A stretch of 64,000 bases of DNA from Amphiscolops sp. MND2022. Lineage: Eukaryota. Below the pieces are notes generated by a model that saw only the letters and a program-made list of their open reading frames with translations, was not told where the DNA came from and searched no databases. Location: assembly GCA_964187785.1 (NCBI GenBank), contig OZ076409.1, positions 74,092,001-74,156,000 of the forward strand. The letters run 5' to 3'. The position numbers and the translations under genes are program-made. Shown here in pieces: positions 35,895 to 45,429 of this stretch (the stretch's first letter is position 1; the number at the start of each line of letters is the position of its first letter).

Positions 35895-38800
35895 ATGGCT
35901 CCAGGTCGCGGTCGCGGACGCGCCAGCAGTCGACCTGTACGAAACACTTGTTCTCAGTGTAGAGTCTTTGTTTCAAGAACTGCTACTCTTTGTGGACAAT
36001 GTACAATCCAACAACAAACAGTTGAAACTGACAACATTTCTAACACTGCCCCTTCTTCTCCCCCTGCTTTATCGCAATCACCTGCACCCGCTCTTTGTAC
36101 ATTATGTAGAACTAATGGAAGTTCACTGGGTTCTCTCTGCAACTTTTGCTGCCCACTCACTTTGTCAAGTTTATCGTCCACAGAGTGCCATAAATGCAGA
36201 CGCAAGCCATCAACCGCTCTAAATAGAATTCAAATTCGGGATGTAAAAAGAACAGCGTTTGGGTGTGTCGTTACTGGATCTCCCGATGAAACGGTGAACC
36301 TCTGCAATGAATGTTTATTGTACTCTATGCACGGTAGCCAATCAAATTGGGCTGCAGCTTGGCCTAGTGTTTTGATCGATTTCCTTACAGGGAAATTTAA
36401 TGGGTCTGTTTGCTCCAAGCCATTCCATGAAGTCATGCCGAAAAACATTATGCAACAGTATCAGCACCTGTTGCCACGCTCAGTTTCTGATAACGATAAT
36501 ATCTTCGATGATCTCACTTCCAAAGTTCATCATTTTAACGAATTGAAACAGGGTTTGACTATTGAAGGTGTTAGAGACGCACACGACAAATATTGCTTCC
36601 CTGAAGTGAGGTGTCCATTCGGTTGCTCAGAATTTGTCGGAGAAACTGGTTTGGTTCCGTTACATTACTTTTTGAAGAAGTTGGACCCGAAATTCAAGTT
36701 TGGAAAAGTCAATTGGAAACACAAGTTAGCTTGTGTTAGACCTGACTGGCTAAGCGAATACAATCACAACGAGATGTTCAAAATGAAGCCTCATGTGTTT
36801 AACGACGAGGTTAAAGGCCTCTGCATAGCTACTTGCAAGTTTCACAATGGTGGCTCCAACAACCAGTTTGTTCACCCGCCTAGTAATCCGACAGGAAGAC
36901 TTCCTTCAAAACATCAAGACCGATTGGGACCCGCAACAATGAGTTACAACTGCTACAAGCCTACTAAACCCAACTTCTCAACGCACACGTTCTCTATGGG
37001 CGTTGCCAAAGGAAACTTTGGAGGCATTAGCTCAACTACCATTGGTTGCAAACGGAGATGGGATGTGGCCTTCGGAAAAGATGATGTCGTGAGAGAGTCG
37101 CTATGTTGTAATAAGCGACAAGATATAAAACCTTTACTTCAAAAATTGGTGAAAAAACGTGAGTTGTCTCAAGACCTTTTTGAAAGCATCACTTCGATCG
37201 ATTCTTTACCATGTTCGGAAAGCATCTATAAATGCCTTCAAAACACAACATCTGTCTCATTTGAATCGTCAATGGCTGTAAAAGAAATGCAAGAGAAAGG
37301 AATAGACGCAGCGTATTTCCCAATTTTTGCTCATCCTTTTGATGAATATGGTAGCCAACCATATGATTTTGCCTTCAGCAACGTCGATCATTTGTTTTTA
37401 TGGTGGTTCTCAACGATGTTCTCTATCAGTTGTAAATTTCACACCGCCCTCCACCTTTGCCATTCGTCACATCATGCCAATTTGAGGAAACTTTTTGCGA
37501 CAATCTTCTGTAACAACAACAAACCAATTGGTCCAAAACAGAAAGAAAACTTTCTTTCATGCATCCAAAGCCTCTCCACAGAGTTCGAAGGAGATTGTAC
37601 TCAAAAACTCAATTCCTTGATGTCCTCAGTTCCGTACTGCAATAAACAAGAAATCAATGAGAGAGGATCTGTCGAATCGATTCTCATGTCAATGGATGCT
37701 GAAGTTGTCAGTTTTGTCAACAATTGCACACGAACCACCCATGATTCGTTTTTGCCCGATCGAGTTGTAACACGGGAAGGACGATCTACATACGAATTGC
37801 GGTCTATCACTGTATTAGAAGGAGATAAAGCTAAAACAGTCATCAGACACGGTAAACAGTACTGCTGTTGGTGGATGTACTCCAGTGATTGCAAAATGCC
37901 ATCCAAGATTAATTTAAACGATGCTTCCAAACTTGTTCAATTTCATTCCAGTTGGAGAACTTGCCATTATGAATTGATAGACTCAGCCAGCATACGAGAA
38001 GCGAAGTATCAATACTTGGAGTATTTGGGAGGCCAAGGTAGGTTCATTTGTGAAAACCACCAGATTCCCCTCACTGTCGTCAATCGTAAGGATTCTTCAA
38101 CTTGTTGTTTCCAAGAAAAATGTAGAAGAAAGGCGGCTTGGCTCTGCCCTGAAGATGACTGTTTCTCTTCAGTCTGTCGACACCACTTCAAGACCTTTTC
38201 AACCAGTACTGATCGAGTGTTAATCAAACCACCGACAACAAATGACTCTATTCATCCAGCATCGTCCGACTTGAACGACACTGCAGACGATACTTCTGAA
38301 TTTTCAGAACCTGATTCTGATATTGATGAATTTTCCTTCGTTCAATTTGCAACAGATGCTGGCCAGGTAGATGATGCTCAGAATATCCTTAACACAGATT
38401 CCGGTGATGTTCCGATTGTTGCGAACACATTCGATAAAAGCATACCAACTCACGTATTACTCAACTCGGATTGCCATGTACTTCAGCGACACAACCTGCG
38501 GAATGAAACGAATAAGAATTCGTCACGATTCTTACAAAACCTTGTTGCCTCGACGCCAGGTGATTCCGTGCCTTTAATTTACCCGGACGCTGCTCTTTTC
38601 CCGACACATTTTTATCATGAACAAGGAGACAATACGTTCACTGGCGCTCTTCCAGCTCCACTTTACAACGATACACAAAGCAAAAAACTGAATTTTGCAG
38701 ATGTCCAAGATCACAAAAGAACTGCCTTGTTGAATCCGAACCTTTTGCAATCAACAGATATAAGAAGTATACAGACCTCATTCGACACAGTATTCAACAA

Positions 38801-41800
38801 AAATCTCAGTTTCTCAGACACCAGACTAGTTTTGAATCGCGGTTTCCAAGAAGTTTCTGTGAATCAACGAAAATCTATTGCCACAGATAACACAAGACTC
38901 CAGTTTGACAGTGCGGATTCCAGAGTCAGAGTCAATGAATTGGCAGCGCTTTTGTCAGAGAAACCCGCTACATTTTTCCTTACCTTGACCTGTAATCAAA
39001 AGGAACATTTTGGGGTGGCGCCAATTTTTGAGGCTCTGGAAAGGAAATTCGCCAGGAATAACAAAGAAGAATGGGAGAAAGCCGTACAAGCTGAAATAGT
39101 TTTGCTCACCCGAGCTTGGTACCGTGCTGCTGTTGCCTTAATGGATTACATAGAGAACTCCGCTGAGAAACCGTTGGGAACAGTCACAAAGCTTTGGTAT
39201 AGATTCGAATTCCAATCTACCAAGGGCAATTTACCCCATATACATGCTGTCATCTGGACAAATGAAAAACGTGAAGAACTTCAACACAAGGTGTCCTGCT
39301 CTGGTTCTTCTGCTATGTTCGAGTTGAAGAAAGTTGCCGCTGAAACTCAACTATTTCAAGATAGTGAAATTCTAAACATTTGGGAGCTTTTGATGACAGT
39401 GCAAACTCATTCCTGTGAAAAAGCCGGGTTCCGTTGTCATAAGGTTGTCAAGGAGAATGGGGAAAGCATTTGCAGAGTTCCAAGATACCCCTTCTCGAAT
39501 ATCTACTCTTGGAGACGAGTTCCTGCGTGCCATTCAGACGAGGCTTTGGAAAAACTTTTTTATCTCGACTTAGCTGTTCCTTCGTCTTCCAAAGATAACA
39601 CTTTTGATATTTGTCCATCTCTCCAAGGTGGCAAATACGAATACCCTGCCTCATCAGATGAACATCTTTCGCCATTCAATGTACTTCTCTTCGCTTTGAC
39701 AAAATCATCTCAGAATCTGCAAATTTGCGATGAATATTTGTCGGCAAGATATATTGCTAAATATGCAGCGGGAGTAGAAGAACGAGCAGATGCTAGAGTT
39801 GACCCTATCACTTTCAAGGATGTCAAAGTTAAAACGAAAGGAATGAGAAACATCAAGGTTGCTGGTGTCAAACTTAGAGAAAAAGAGACTGACAAGAAGT
39901 CCTTAGTTCAAATAATTTCTCTGGTCGAATCCATCTGGTGGCTTTTGGGATTCAATTACGTCTACAGTTCTGTTTCTTTTGTCCATCTGTCTACTCATGA
40001 AAAAACAGAAAGAGCAACTTTTCTTAAACGTAGAGTTCCCTTGCTACAATCAGACTCGTTACCACTCCACGTGACGAAAAGTTTCAGCTTGCCAGCAGCC
40101 CGTCAATACACTCAATCGCAACTTATGTTGTTAAAAGACTATTTGACAAGTGACTACACCAATTGCAAAATTTCCCTTTTCAGTGGACGTCCTCCAGCAC
40201 TTTTGTTCGTTGACAATCCACGCTTGTATTTTACTTGGTTTAAACGTGTTACAGTGCATAACCCGGACAAAAAACTTACAACGAATGTGTCTACGTCTTC
40301 CTGGATCGACCTCTTTGGTCAAGTTGTGTATTTGCGACGATGTTACTTTGAAGACTTCCGAAACTACTATCTACGTTCAATGACTGAAGGTCACTCCAAT
40401 TTGTTCCGATTCAATGCTGATACATCTATTCTCGATCTACAAAACGACGTGATTGGCTTGAAAACAATAAATGACAGTCTTGTTCAAGTTGTTACTTCGA
40501 ACATTGTTCCTTCAAGTCCATTCAAATTCCTAATTCATTACGCTCTTTCAAATGGCTGTTTCGAAACTGAGATTGACTTATTTAATCATTCAAACATGCT
40601 AGAAGTTTACCAACATTGCAAGCTCTTGCCTGAATCCTCCTCCTTGACACAGCAGGACGCATTCACATTGATTAGAAGATACGTTTTGAATGAGCTCAAA
40701 TTTTTACCTGGAGCAAGCCGGTCTTTCGATAGACACCTGATATCATGCTTTGATTTGTTCATGAATTTGGTCATGAATAATCAAATTCACTGCTCCGCTT
40801 TGCCACCAGCATTACACTGTGAAATTACAGAAGAAGCAGAAATAACTTACCACTTGTTCAACCACCAGAAAAGAGAAAGATCTGTGCAAGGTTGTCTATT
40901 GAATTCTGCCTTACAACCGTTACAAAGTAAACAAGATCAATTTATCGATGCAACAAGGCAGAATCCTTTTCCTTATAATTTTCCTTTCCCGCGAGCAGTC
41001 GGACAATCCGATGAATCCTATTTGTTCCAGCAGCATGTTTTCGATAAGTGCCTTGAGAAATTAGAACTCTTCGTACACGGCATTCAAGGTTTTGTGAGGC
41101 ATCAGCTTTTTCTAGGCCGTCCAGGTAGTGGAAAAACTTTAGTTTGTACGATGTTGTTTTTGAAAGCTGTTGCGAAAGGCCTCAATTGTTCCATCACGTG
41201 TTTGAGCGGAGAGCGTGCCCAACAGCTTGGAGGCGAACACGTACACAAAATGTTTAAATTCCGAGTGAATAAGATGAAGATACCGGAACACATGGCCAGT
41301 CAAAGTATTAACTCCCTGTTAAAAGATGTCACTAGATTTACGGATTTGGAACGCCTCGAAGTTTTGTTTATTGACGAAGTTGGTCAATTAAGTTGTGAAC
41401 TTCTTTCTGCCATGGAAATAGTGCTACAGAATGTACGGGACAATCGGCTTCCGATGGGTGGAGTGTTAACTATCATGACAGGCGATCCAAAGCAATTGAA
41501 ACCCCCTGATGGATCCTTAGTGTGGTTATCCCCAAAAATGTTGACCAACTACGATTTTCATTACTTTCAACATTATGTACGTGCAACACCTGGTCTTTTG
41601 CGGGAAGTCCTTACTCGATTAGACAACACCTCAATCACAGAGATAGAAGCTATAGACATCGCGAAGAAAATAATCTCTACTTGCGTTATCAAATCATCTT
41701 GGGAGGAAGAAAGAGATAGTTTTCAGATGCGAGTATTCAGTACAAGAGCTGCGGAACAGCAGGCAGTCTTGAAACATACGCAAATTGTCATGAGTGATGG

Positions 41801-42902
41801 ATCACGAAATTGTGTCCAATTGGTTGCAACAGACGAGGAGAGCTCAACCGGCTCTTCTATATGGCTCCCTGCGTCTCCGCAAAACAGCAGACATTTGGAT
41901 ATACATTCTATTACCCCCAGCAAATTGATATTGTACAGAAACGCGCTTCTCAGATTTACCGCGAATATACCTAATCTTCAGGCAAGACAGGGTCAGCTAT
42001 GTGTTATAATGGAGACTCCTTCTGCAACCGCGTCTAGTTTAGAAGTTTTGATTGCACCTCCGGGATGCCGAACAGTGACCTCTAGTGATGAGTTGATTCT
42101 GCTGATGTCAGGCTGGAGAAAAGTTACCGTCAATCAAGTGTACACTCCAGTGTACACAAATAAAACTTCCTTTCTCAGACGCTACTTTTTCCCTCTAAAA
42201 AACTATGTCGCGTCTACAATCCACAAGTGCCTGGGCGACACATTTCCGAAAATTGTTACTAAAATCTCCTCTACCGATTCAGATTATAAGCTTTGGGAGA
42301 AAGAACAGCTGTTGGTACTTTTAAGCCGAGTGTCAAAGTTGGAAGAAATTACCTTCATTGGTGAGAAAGCTGATATAGAAGCCACATTGTGTACAATCAT
42401 CCAAAAACAAAACTGTTGGAGCGAATTCATAGAAAACTTTTTAACTAGATTGAAACCATCCTCCAACCCCAACTCAACAGCTTCGTTGAACTTAACAACA
42501 ACATGCTTCTCGCCTTGGAACACAGTATTACCAGCTGACGAGACTGGATTCGTTTATTTACTTACCAGTACCAAAATTGCTAGCGCTTTCTTTATCGGCG
42601 AAACAGTTGGTTTGAGAAAATGCTTGAAAGAAATAAATTGTGGCTATGGTCCCGACAGCACACGGCCCATAGAAAGGCGACCTTGGGCATTACTGGCCTT
42701 TGCTACTGGGTTCACGACCGAAAATATGATGACGAATGCCAGACAGAGAAAATCATTAGAAGCAACCATGACTCACAAAGCAGCACAGCTCGGCCCCAAT
42801 GTTTCGTCAGTATCCGTTTTCCAAATATTCAACGATTGTGCCAAATGTTTTGGAGACGTCAACCAACAAGAAATTTGTGTGGTTCAATGTGGCCAAATAT
42901 GA
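35895..42902 (+). CDS. RepHel-type transposase, ~2335 aa: RG-rich N-terminus, Cys-rich Zn fingers, HUH/Y2 Rep, SF1B Pif1-like helicase, C-terminal GIY-YIG-like domain
   Basis: Rep motifs FFLTLTCN, FEFQSTKGNLPHIHAVIW and YIAKY. Helicase motifs GRPGSGKT, FIDEVG, GDPKQLKP, STIHKCLG and VLLSRV. C-terminal GFVYLL..FFIGET..RPWALLAFATGF. ATG 35895 chosen because it follows TTTCCAG-GGTT, as in the paralog. Confidence 0.93.
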   Translation: MAPGRGRGRASSRPVRNTCSQCRVFVSRTATLCGQCTIQQQTVETDNISNTAPSSPPALSQSPAPALCTLCRTNGSSLGSLCNFCCPLTLSSLSSTECHKCRRKPSTALNRIQIRDVKRTAFGCVVTGSPDETVNLCNECLLYSMHGSQSNWAAAWPSVLIDFLTGKFNGSVCSKPFHEVMPKNIMQQYQHLLPRSVSDNDNIFDDLTSKVHHFNELKQGLTIEGVRDAHDKYCFPEVRCPFGCSEFVGETGLVPLHYFLKKLDPKFKFGKVNWKHKLACVRPDWLSEYNHNEMFKMKPHVFNDEVKGLCIATCKFHNGGSNNQFVHPPSNPTGRLPSKHQDRLGPATMSYNCYKPTKPNFSTHTFSMGVAKGNFGGISSTTIGCKRRWDVAFGKDDVVRESLCCNKRQDIKPLLQKLVKKRELSQDLFESITSIDSLPCSESIYKCLQNTTSVSFESSMAVKEMQEKGIDAAYFPIFAHPFDEYGSQPYDFAFSNVDHLFLWWFSTMFSISCKFHTALHLCHSSHHANLRKLFATIFCNNNKPIGPKQKENFLSCIQSLSTEFEGDCTQKLNSLMSSVPYCNKQEINERGSVESILMSMDAEVVSFVNNCTRTTHDSFLPDRVVTREGRSTYELRSITVLEGDKAKTVIRHGKQYCCWWMYSSDCKMPSKINLNDASKLVQFHSSWRTCHYELIDSASIREAKYQYLEYLGGQGRFICENHQIPLTVVNRKDSSTCCFQEKCRRKAAWLCPEDDCFSSVCRHHFKTFSTSTDRVLIKPPTTNDSIHPASSDLNDTADDTSEFSEPDSDIDEFSFVQFATDAGQVDDAQNILNTDSGDVPIVANTFDKSIPTHVLLNSDCHVLQRHNLRNETNKNSSRFLQNLVASTPGDSVPLIYPDAALFPTHFYHEQGDNTFTGALPAPLYNDTQSKKLNFADVQDHKRTALLNPNLLQSTDIRSIQTSFDTVFNKNLSFSDTRLVLNRGFQEVSVNQRKSIATDNTRLQFDSADSRVRVNELAALLSEKPATFFLTLTCNQKEHFGVAPIFEALERKFARNNKEEWEKAVQAEIVLLTRAWYRAAVALMDYIENSAEKPLGTVTKLWYRFEFQSTKGNLPHIHAVIWTNEKREELQHKVSCSGSSAMFELKKVAAETQLFQDSEILNIWELLMTVQTHSCEKAGFRCHKVVKENGESICRVPRYPFSNIYSWRRVPACHSDEALEKLFYLDLAVPSSSKDNTFDICPSLQGGKYEYPASSDEHLSPFNVLLFALTKSSQNLQICDEYLSARYIAKYAAGVEERADARVDPITFKDVKVKTKGMRNIKVAGVKLREKETDKKSLVQIISLVESIWWLLGFNYVYSSVSFVHLSTHEKTERATFLKRRVPLLQSDSLPLHVTKSFSLPAARQYTQSQLMLLKDYLTSDYTNCKISLFSGRPPALLFVDNPRLYFTWFKRVTVHNPDKKLTTNVSTSSWIDLFGQVVYLRRCYFEDFRNYYLRSMTEGHSNLFRFNADTSILDLQNDVIGLKTINDSLVQVVTSNIVPSSPFKFLIHYALSNGCFETEIDLFNHSNMLEVYQHCKLLPESSSLTQQDAFTLIRRYVLNELKFLPGASRSFDRHLISCFDLFMNLVMNNQIHCSALPPALHCEITEEAEITYHLFNHQKRERSVQGCLLNSALQPLQSKQDQFIDATRQNPFPYNFPFPRAVGQSDESYLFQQHVFDKCLEKLELFVHGIQGFVRHQLFLGRPGSGKTLVCTMLFLKAVAKGLNCSITCLSGERAQQLGGEHVHKMFKFRVNKMKIPEHMASQSINSLLKDVTRFTDLERLEVLFIDEVGQLSCELLSAMEIVLQNVRDNRLPMGGVLTIMTGDPKQLKPPDGSLVWLSPKMLTNYDFHYFQHYVRATPGLLREVLTRLDNTSITEIEAIDIAKKIISTCVIKSSWEEERDSFQMRVFSTRAAEQQAVLKHTQIVMSDGSRNCVQLVATDEESSTGSSIWLPASPQNSRHLDIHSITPSKLILYRNALLRFTANIPNLQARQGQLCVIMETPSATASSLEVLIAPPGCRTVTSSDELILLMSGWRKVTVNQVYTPVYTNKTSFLRRYFFPLKNYVASTIHKCLGDTFPKIVTKISSTDSDYKLWEKEQLLVLLSRVSKLEEITFIGEKADIEATLCTIIQKQNCWSEFIENFLTRLKPSSNPNSTASLNLTTTCFSPWNTVLPADETGFVYLLTSTKIASAFFIGETVGLRKCLKEINCGYGPDSTRPIERRPWALLAFATGFTTENMMTNARQRKSLEATMTHKAAQLGPNVSSVSVFQIFNDCAKCFGDVNQQEICVVQCGQI

Positions 42903-43213
42903 TTATATCTTCACTTATTCAATGGTGAGATTCAATGAGGAAGTTTGCTATTTATTGAATTCAAACTGCAATAAACTTTAGAGTTTGCCGGGATCACGCA
43001 GTGAGCCCAAGGCAAACTCTTCCTGAATATCAGTATAAACAGACTTTGATTCTATTGTTTACTTATGTAAAATTGTTTGTTTCTTCAAATTGGTTGTTGC
43101 AAATCCGAATCCATTATAATACGGATTCCATGTTAATTTGTAATTGGACACTCGTTGAACATTGTTGCATTGAAACTCATATCGGAATGAATTTTATTCA
43201 TTCGACTGAAATC

Positions 43214-43381
43214 AGAAAAAAAACAAAAAAAATGACATGACGGATGAGACAGAAAAAAACAAAAAATTCGACATGATGGATGAGACAGTTCAATTATTGC
43301 ACTCTATTACTCTTTTTCCAAGGACGAAGTAGTAGTTCTGATTGAAGTAGCTAGTTCTGATTGCAAGTAACTCTGAATGCT
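43214..43381. repeat. Short local tandem duplications in the RepHel-ORF2 spacer
   Basis: GAAAAAAACAAAAAA..GACATGA(C/T)GGATGAGACAG occurs twice, and (G)AAGTAG..TAGTTCTGATT occurs 2-3 times. Confidence 0.6.
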
Positions 43382-43459
43382 GCAACGAAGTATTAAACAA
43401 CTAATGAAATATGATTTTTTTCAGAAACTCTGTTATTGTACACATATTGCTTGAAAGAC

Positions 43460-44626
43460 ATGCCTGTGATCAACAAAGATTTATCTTTGGAGGAAGCAGC
43501 AACGAGAACAACAACTAAATTAACGTCCATTTCGCTGTCCGAAGTGTTGGAGGGGGCTTCTACAGACAGAAAATACCTTCTATGCATTTTGCTGCATGCC
43601 AAGAAGTGCGTAAAAGCGGTGTCGTACTTCAAAATGTCACAAGGACAAAAGCAAAGGCATGAGACTAGCTTTAACAGGTTCCTACTGTTAGGAGTTTTGG
43701 GAACTGATAAGGTTATTGCCATCTTTACTTACAACCAGCAAGAGAGTGTGGAGCTCCTTAGATTCTGTGATCATCTGACTCCAGGTAAAACGTGTGCGCT
43801 GATAATAGGCAAATTTGATCACAAGTTTATGGGAACGGTGTCGACAACACCAATAGTATCAACTGTCGAACCCCTGGTGCCTCTTAATATGAAAAGTTTC
43901 CCAATTGTTAGCTGCCCCCGGAATGTTTCTTCGCCAGACTTCGTACAGTTTAACATCATGACAAAAAACTTGACCCTCACCAATGTGGACGCAGTTTCTC
44001 CAGTCTGTAACGGTGTTTTCTGCGACGGTCAACCAAAGGGTGAATGTCCCTGTTTGGAAGTGGATAATAGGAATACCAGTTGGGTCCTTAGTGCTGATGT
44101 TGCTTGTTCAGAGATATACCATAGTGCAAAAATACGATCGAAGAATTTGATCTCCTTGTTTGCCCCTGAATGTAAAAAGGCTGATCCAAGTAAACGGCTG
44201 TTCGATGTTTTGGATCTCTCTGATTGTGTGGACGCATGTGTGGCCAAAATAAATGCAGCTAGTGGATGGAAACTGTTTGGATGGCTTAAGCCTACTGAAA
44301 CAGCGCTGGAGACAACTAATTATGACTGCGACATTCACATAGTTCACATTTGTCCTTGTGTTCCAGCCGAAATAACAGCTGGTTAGTCCATTTTGTTTTC
44401 CATCTGCATTGTTTCCGCATTGACTATTCAGTTGTTTTTTGATACAATATGCAAAAACCTAGGACGGAACTTTGTCATGACATTTAAGGAAACTAACGAC
44501 ATACAATCGTGCAGAAGCTTTTTGATTTTGCAAGTCGAGTTTCTGGAACAATGAATTTTTTCAGACGACTACAAAGCTCATCATTACAAACTACCGGCAA
44601 CAGCTGCAGTTGTTTTGGGCGAATAA
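43460..44626 (+). CDS. Accessory ORF2, predicted two exons (43460-44381, 44565-44626), 327 aa; Cys-motif protein, possibly OB-fold/RPA-like
   Basis: Clear paralog at 58634. Exon 1 is 922 nt in both copies with a phase-1 GT..TTTCAG intron, and both second exons encode YxxxxYKLP. CNGxFCDGQPKGxCPC is conserved. The function is inferred only. Confidence 0.85.
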
Positions 44627-45429
44627 AGTCAAAGATTCACAAACAGTTGTGTACCATGTCGCTCCTAAAAGACATTTACAACCAGAGACATCGAAAGATT
44701 TGAAATTTGAAGTCAAACCTACACTGGACAACAATTGAGTTGAACTCATGTATAAACTGTGCTCGTTTCCCATATTTGTCAAATATGGTCTAGTAACATT
44801 TCAATTTAAAGTAAAACAAATGAGCATATGAAATAATGATTCTTCTGTTGATTGTTTATAAGGTTACTTAGTGAAAACAACTATGTTGTTTGCAACTTTG
44901 GTGATGTATCCTGTTCATTACAAGTATTATTTATTTGTTGATATATTTTTGTTTGTTTTAATTAACAGATTATTCGCTATATTTCTTTGAAATCGACTGT
45001 ACATTAGACATTCACACAAGGTAGGATATTCAAATCAGATTATAAGCTTTCTGGGTAAAGTGTATTTTGATCATTTAAACAAGTATTACATAGCATGTAA
45101 ATGAGTGCTTATTTTTTTTATTAGATATATATATCAATTATAAAAATACATATAAAATTATATAAAGAGCATCCTTTTTATCGCAAACTTGTCACGTTCA
45201 ACAAATATTTTCTCCAGAAAAAAACTAAAAGGTTGAGCTATTGTGATTTTTGATTTTTTGGAAAATTAGCGAACTCCAATTCAAAAATTATAGTATATTT
45301 TAAATATGCTCTTTATATTTTCAACGCCCAAAGTCACAAATCAACGCTCATAGTCCGTAGGCATGCCGAGGCATGCCTTTCGACGACGTATGCCAAATAC
45401 CTTAAAACCGACGCGCACTCTCCCGCTAG

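Larger units (their letters stand above)
33203..45429 (+). mobile_element. Putative autonomous Helitron-like rolling-circle element 1 (12.2 kb)
   Basis: Starts at an array junction with a type A-like left ~800 bp. Encodes intact Rep-helicase and ORF2. Ends with the AGGCATGCC-GA-GGCATGCCT hairpin (45359-45378) and CTAG (45426-45429). Confidence 0.88.

Noticed and set aside
35954..42523. Antisense and alternate-frame ORFs overlapping RepHel (also within 50753-57617 and ORF2)
   Set aside because: Short shadow ORFs of a long coding sequence, not consistently conserved between the paralogs.
35895..42902. Host PIF1 helicase gene
   Set aside because: It is fused to an HUH Rep domain, nearly intronless, and embedded between element termini.
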